A stretch of 27,657 nt of DNA, from the NCBI GenBank assembly GCA_041742355.1, contig JBGSIV010000057.1, forward strand, positions 1 through 27,657. The letters run 5' to 3'. Below are positions 24,663-27,657 of this stretch, one piece after another (positions within the stretch are counted from its first letter, which is position 1; the number at the start of each line of letters is the position of its first letter). The position numbers and the translations under genes are program-made. The stretch comes from Candidatus Zixiibacteriota bacterium. Its GTDB lineage: Bacteria > Zixibacteria > MSB-5A5 > GN15 > FEB-12. The notes beneath the pieces were generated by a model, which searched no databases, was not told the origin of the DNA, and saw only the letters and a list, made by a program, of their open reading frames with translations.

Positions 24663-26911
24663 GGCTTCCTCCGCTTGCGGCGGCCGTAGGAGGACGGATT
24701 CGAAGCCGACTTCGCTTTGGCTTTGCCGAGGGTTGCTTCGGCCCATCCCTTGCGCTTGCGGCTGGCTTTGCCACCGTTGCCTTCTCCTTTGCCCGTCCCG
24801 GGGAGGAAGAGTTCGATTTCGTTGCTCACCTTATCCACGCTGAGCACGCCGACTTCGACCCGGTCGCCCAGCCGGAAGGAGCGCGACGTGCGGCGTCCGA
24901 TGAGGGCGTAGCGCTGTTCGTCGAAGCGGTAGTAGTCGTCGTCGATGGAGGATACGCGCACCAGTCCTTCCGCGCCGAGGTTGTCAAGCCTCACGAAGAA
25001 ACCGAAACCGGTTACGCCGGAGATGATGCCCATGAAGTGATCGCCCACGTGGCGCGCCATGAACTGCACCTGCTTGACTTTTACGGCTTCGCGCTCGGCG
25101 GCTTCGGCCTTCCGTTCGGTCTCGGAGCAGTGGGTTCCGACATGGTCGATCACCGACACCACCCGTTTGGCGAAGGCCGCCGGGTAGGTTCCGTCGGGCC
25201 GGCGCATACGCAGGAGGCGGTGCACGATCAAGTCGGGGTACCGGCGGATGGGCGAGGTGAAGTGGGTGTAGTGGCTGAAGGCCAGGCCGAAGTGGCCGAT
25301 GTTGTTTCGCTGGTAGACCGCTTTCTGCATCGACCGGAGCATCAGTTCGTTGATGAAATCCGCTTCGGGTTTGTCCTTGACGGTCTGGAGGAACCGCGCG
25401 AGGTCGACCGGCCGGGTTGTTTTGGACACGGGGAATTTGTAGCCGAGCCGGGCCATCATGGCCGAGAAGGCTTCGAGTTTCTCCATGTCGGGCTTGTCGT
25501 GTACGCGGTAGAGAAACGGCTGCGCGCTGCGGAAAACCTCGAGTGCGACCGCCTTGTTGGCGGCCAGCATGAACTCTTCGATCAGGCGGTGGGATTCCAA
25601 CCGTACGCGGTTGGAGAGCTCGATGACTTCGCCCTTTTCGTTCAGCGTGATTTTCGATTCGGGGAGATCGAAGTCCAGCGAGCCTTCGGCAAACCGGCGC
25701 TGGCTGAGTATTTGCGCCAGTTCGCGCGCTGTTGTCAGGTTCTCCGCCACCCGTTTGATCTTAATTCCGGCCCGCCCCTCGGGGATTCCGTTGTTGAAGA
25801 ACTCCTGTACCTCTTCGTAGCTGAGTTTTGCCACCGACTTGATCACCGTGTCGGCCACTTCCCAGGACAGGACTTTGCCCGTCTTGTCGAAGTCGATATA
25901 CACCGAGTGGGCCAGGCGACGGCGGTTCGGTTTGAGCGAGCAGACGTCGTTGGAGAGGCCTTCGGGCAGCATCGGGATCACCATGCCGGGGAGGTAGACG
26001 GAGTTCCCCCGCTTGAAGGCTTCGGTATCCAGCGCTGTCCCCGCCTGCACGAAGTGCGAGACATCGGCGATGTGTACGCCCAGGCGGTATCCTTTGCCGG
26101 TTTTCACGACCGACACGGCGTCGTCGTGGTCCTTGGCATCGGACGGATCGATGGTGTAGATGATCTCCTTCGTGAGGTCCATGCGCCCCTCGCCGGTCTC
26201 TTCGGAGAGCCGCGCCGAGGCAATCTCGGCTTCGTTGAACACGTCCTCGGGGAATTCCTCCGGGAGATCGAACGCCTTGATTACGGTCTTCATGTCCACG
26301 CCGGGCTGCCCGGGGAAGCCGATTCGCTCGATAACCTCACCTTCCGGGTTCAGGTACTGGTCGTCCCACAATGTCAGGCGGCAGACGACCTTTTCCCCCT
26401 CCTGTGCTCCGGCGGTGGCGTCGGAAGGAACGTAGATGTCGCGGTGAATACGGGGGTTATCGGGGCGGACGTAGAAGAAGTGCGGCCCCTTGCCGAACAC
26501 GCCGACGATGTTCCGGCCGGTCCGCTCGACGACGCGCACGACCGCGCCGGTGCGGCGTTCTCCCTGGTGGCCGGTCAGACGCACCATCACTTTGTCGCCG
26601 TCCATGGCTGTCCCGATGGCCACGGTGGGGATCAGGATATCGATGGTGTCTCCCTCGCGGCGGATGAAGCCCAGGCCACCGCGGGTGATCATGATCGGTC
26701 CGACGACCACATCCATTTCGCGGGCGACGCCGATTCGTCCGCGTTTCAGTTTGACCAGTTCCCCGGAGTCAAGCAACTCCTTGACGGTGTTGCGGAAGTC
26801 GCGGTATTCGTCCTGCGGGATGGCCAGGGCCTTGGCCAGTTCCTTGAGTTTCATCGGGTGGGCCGATTTCTCGCGGATGAAGTCCAGAATTTCTGCTCGT
26901 GTTTGTGCCAT
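24659..26911 (-). CDS. rnr: Ribonuclease R
   Basis: N-terminal HTH and CSDs, TIDPSDAKDHDDA catalytic motif, HFTSPIRRYPD, S1 domain and basic tail. Confidence 0.96.
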   Translation of the reverse strand: MAQTRAEILDFIREKSAHPMKLKELAKALAIPQDEYRDFRNTVKELLDSGELVKLKRGRIGVAREMDVVVGPIMITRGGLGFIRREGDTIDILIPTVAIGTAMDGDKVMVRLTGHQGERRTGAVVRVVERTGRNIVGVFGKGPHFFYVRPDNPRIHRDIYVPSDATAGAQEGEKVVCRLTLWDDQYLNPEGEVIERIGFPGQPGVDMKTVIKAFDLPEEFPEDVFNEAEIASARLSEETGEGRMDLTKEIIYTIDPSDAKDHDDAVSVVKTGKGYRLGVHIADVSHFVQAGTALDTEAFKRGNSVYLPGMVIPMLPEGLSNDVCSLKPNRRRLAHSVYIDFDKTGKVLSWEVADTVIKSVAKLSYEEVQEFFNNGIPEGRAGIKIKRVAENLTTARELAQILSQRRFAEGSLDFDLPESKITLNEKGEVIELSNRVRLESHRLIEEFMLAANKAVALEVFRSAQPFLYRVHDKPDMEKLEAFSAMMARLGYKFPVSKTTRPVDLARFLQTVKDKPEADFINELMLRSMQKAVYQRNNIGHFGLAFSHYTHFTSPIRRYPDLIVHRLLRMRRPDGTYPAAFAKRVVSVIDHVGTHCSETERKAEAAEREAVKVKQVQFMARHVGDHFMGIISGVTGFGFFVRLDNLGAEGLVRVSSIDDDYYRFDEQRYALIGRRTSRSFRLGDRVEVGVLSVDKVSNEIELFLPGTGKGEGNGGKASRKRKGWAEATLGKAKAKSASNPSSYGRRKRRKP

Positions 26912-26917
26912 GGTATT

Positions 26918-26946
26918 AACTTAGGTTTATCTCTTTACTGAGTCAA
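26918..26946 (-). promoter_or_regulatory. Putative sigma70 promoter giving a leaderless rnr transcript
   Basis: TTGACT-N17-TAAGTT, 6 nt from ATG 26911; no SD. Confidence 0.6.
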
Positions 26947-27079
26947 CTTCAATCCCTCCGCCCACCGCCAAAATGGCAGGCAATATTAACAACCGACAAA
27001 ACCGCAATGGGTTCCATCGGCCATTATTACACGGCGATTTTCGCCGGAGTGCGGCCGGGGTTGGTGGTGCGGAGTCCGC

Positions 27080-27113
27080 AAAAAAGAGACGGCCGATGCG
27101 ATGCATCGGCCGT
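27080..27113 (-). terminator. Intrinsic terminator after the Spy/CpxP gene
   Basis: ACGGCCGATGC-N3-GCATCGGCCGT followed by CTCTTTTTT on the minus strand. Confidence 0.75.
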
Positions 27114-27157
27114 TGTCACACGCAAAGACGCTGCCCGGAGCCGGGCTCAGTGGAGGA

Positions 27158-27657
27158 TCAGAACCGACGGCCCCTGAAGCTCTGTCCTTGTCCCTGATTA
27201 TTGTCACGCATTTGCTGGCGGCGCTCCTGACGGAATTCGCGGCGGTTATCCTGGCGTTCATCGCGGAGCTGTTCGAGCTTATCCTGCTGTTCATCGGTCA
27301 GGACCGAGAGCACCTGCTGGTGCTGCTGGTAGCGGGCTTTCTGCATGTCGGCCCGAAGTTGCGCGACTTCGTCGATGGCTGCGTTGACATCGCGCTCCGG
27401 CGCGTTTCCTTCCTGCATGAGGTTGCGCAGGCGGAGTTCGGCCTTCTGCAGTTCGGCGCGGCGATCGATCATCGCCAGCTGGTGTTCGGTGCGCATATCT
27501 TCGATCTGGTCAATCTGCTGATCGCTCAGTCCGAGTTCTTCGCGGAACTGCATCAGGGGGGCTTCGCCGCGGCCCATGTGCCCGCGTCCGCCCATCATGC
27601 CCATGCCCTGATCGGGGCCGTGGCCGCCGCCGTGCATGCCGCATGCTTTCGGCGCGC
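27158..27657 (-). CDS. Spy/CpxP-family periplasmic protein (5' end outside window)
   Basis: LGLSDQQ and VLTDEQ (LTXXQ) motifs, Gly/Met/His-rich N-terminus; frame stays open to the window edge. Confidence 0.85.
   Translation of the reverse strand, partial: APKACGMHGGGHGPDQGMGMMGGRGHMGRGEAPLMQFREELGLSDQQIDQIEDMRTEHQLAMIDRRAELQKAELRLRNLMQEGNAPERDVNAAIDEVAQLRADMQKARYQQHQQVLSVLTDEQQDKLEQLRDERQDNRREFRQERRQQMRDNNQGQGQSFRGRRF

Noticed and set aside
24560..26941. 793-aa plus-strand ORF (likewise 705-1883, 12216-13283, 13280-14503, 19129-20058, 23523-24689)
   Set aside because: Antisense shadows of well-supported genes, expected from high-GC codon bias; no recognisable motifs.

Overview
GC-rich bacterial chromosomal segment. 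The Cys-flanked C-terminal dockerin and the T9SS-like genes point to the FCB superphylum, probably candidate phylum Zixibacteria (inference from protein style, not a database result). Most genes are on the minus strand. Left to right: lapA-like gene (partial), outer-membrane beta-barrel, rpsA with long N- and C-terminal extensions, plsC, a lipoprotein, a FabX/FabK-type flavoenzyme, an envelope-stress module (ECF sigma, zf-HC2 anti-sigma, PspC, LiaF-like) coupled to holA, and a degenerate RNase H-like gene. Next is a plus-strand operon (RLAN-domain protein, RimK-like ATP-grasp ligase, GNAT-C39 peptidase fusion), followed by a dense cluster of GTAG-type REP hairpins, an 84-bp tandem repeat and a 13 x 12-bp minisatellite that continues in register from a REP arm. 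The rest holds a secreted M14 carboxypeptidase-TSP3-dockerin protein, a small secreted protein, a second REP cluster, a tightly coupled rnr / sigma54 activator / HhH-like barrel / LTD-CTD / PorV-like / dgt operon, and a partial Spy/CpxP gene. No tRNA, rRNA, CRISPR array or transposase was found. Best leads: the REP-derived minisatellite, the split RimK-like peptide ligase/peptidase system, three apparently leaderless genes, the pseudo-RNase H and the rnr-dgt operon.
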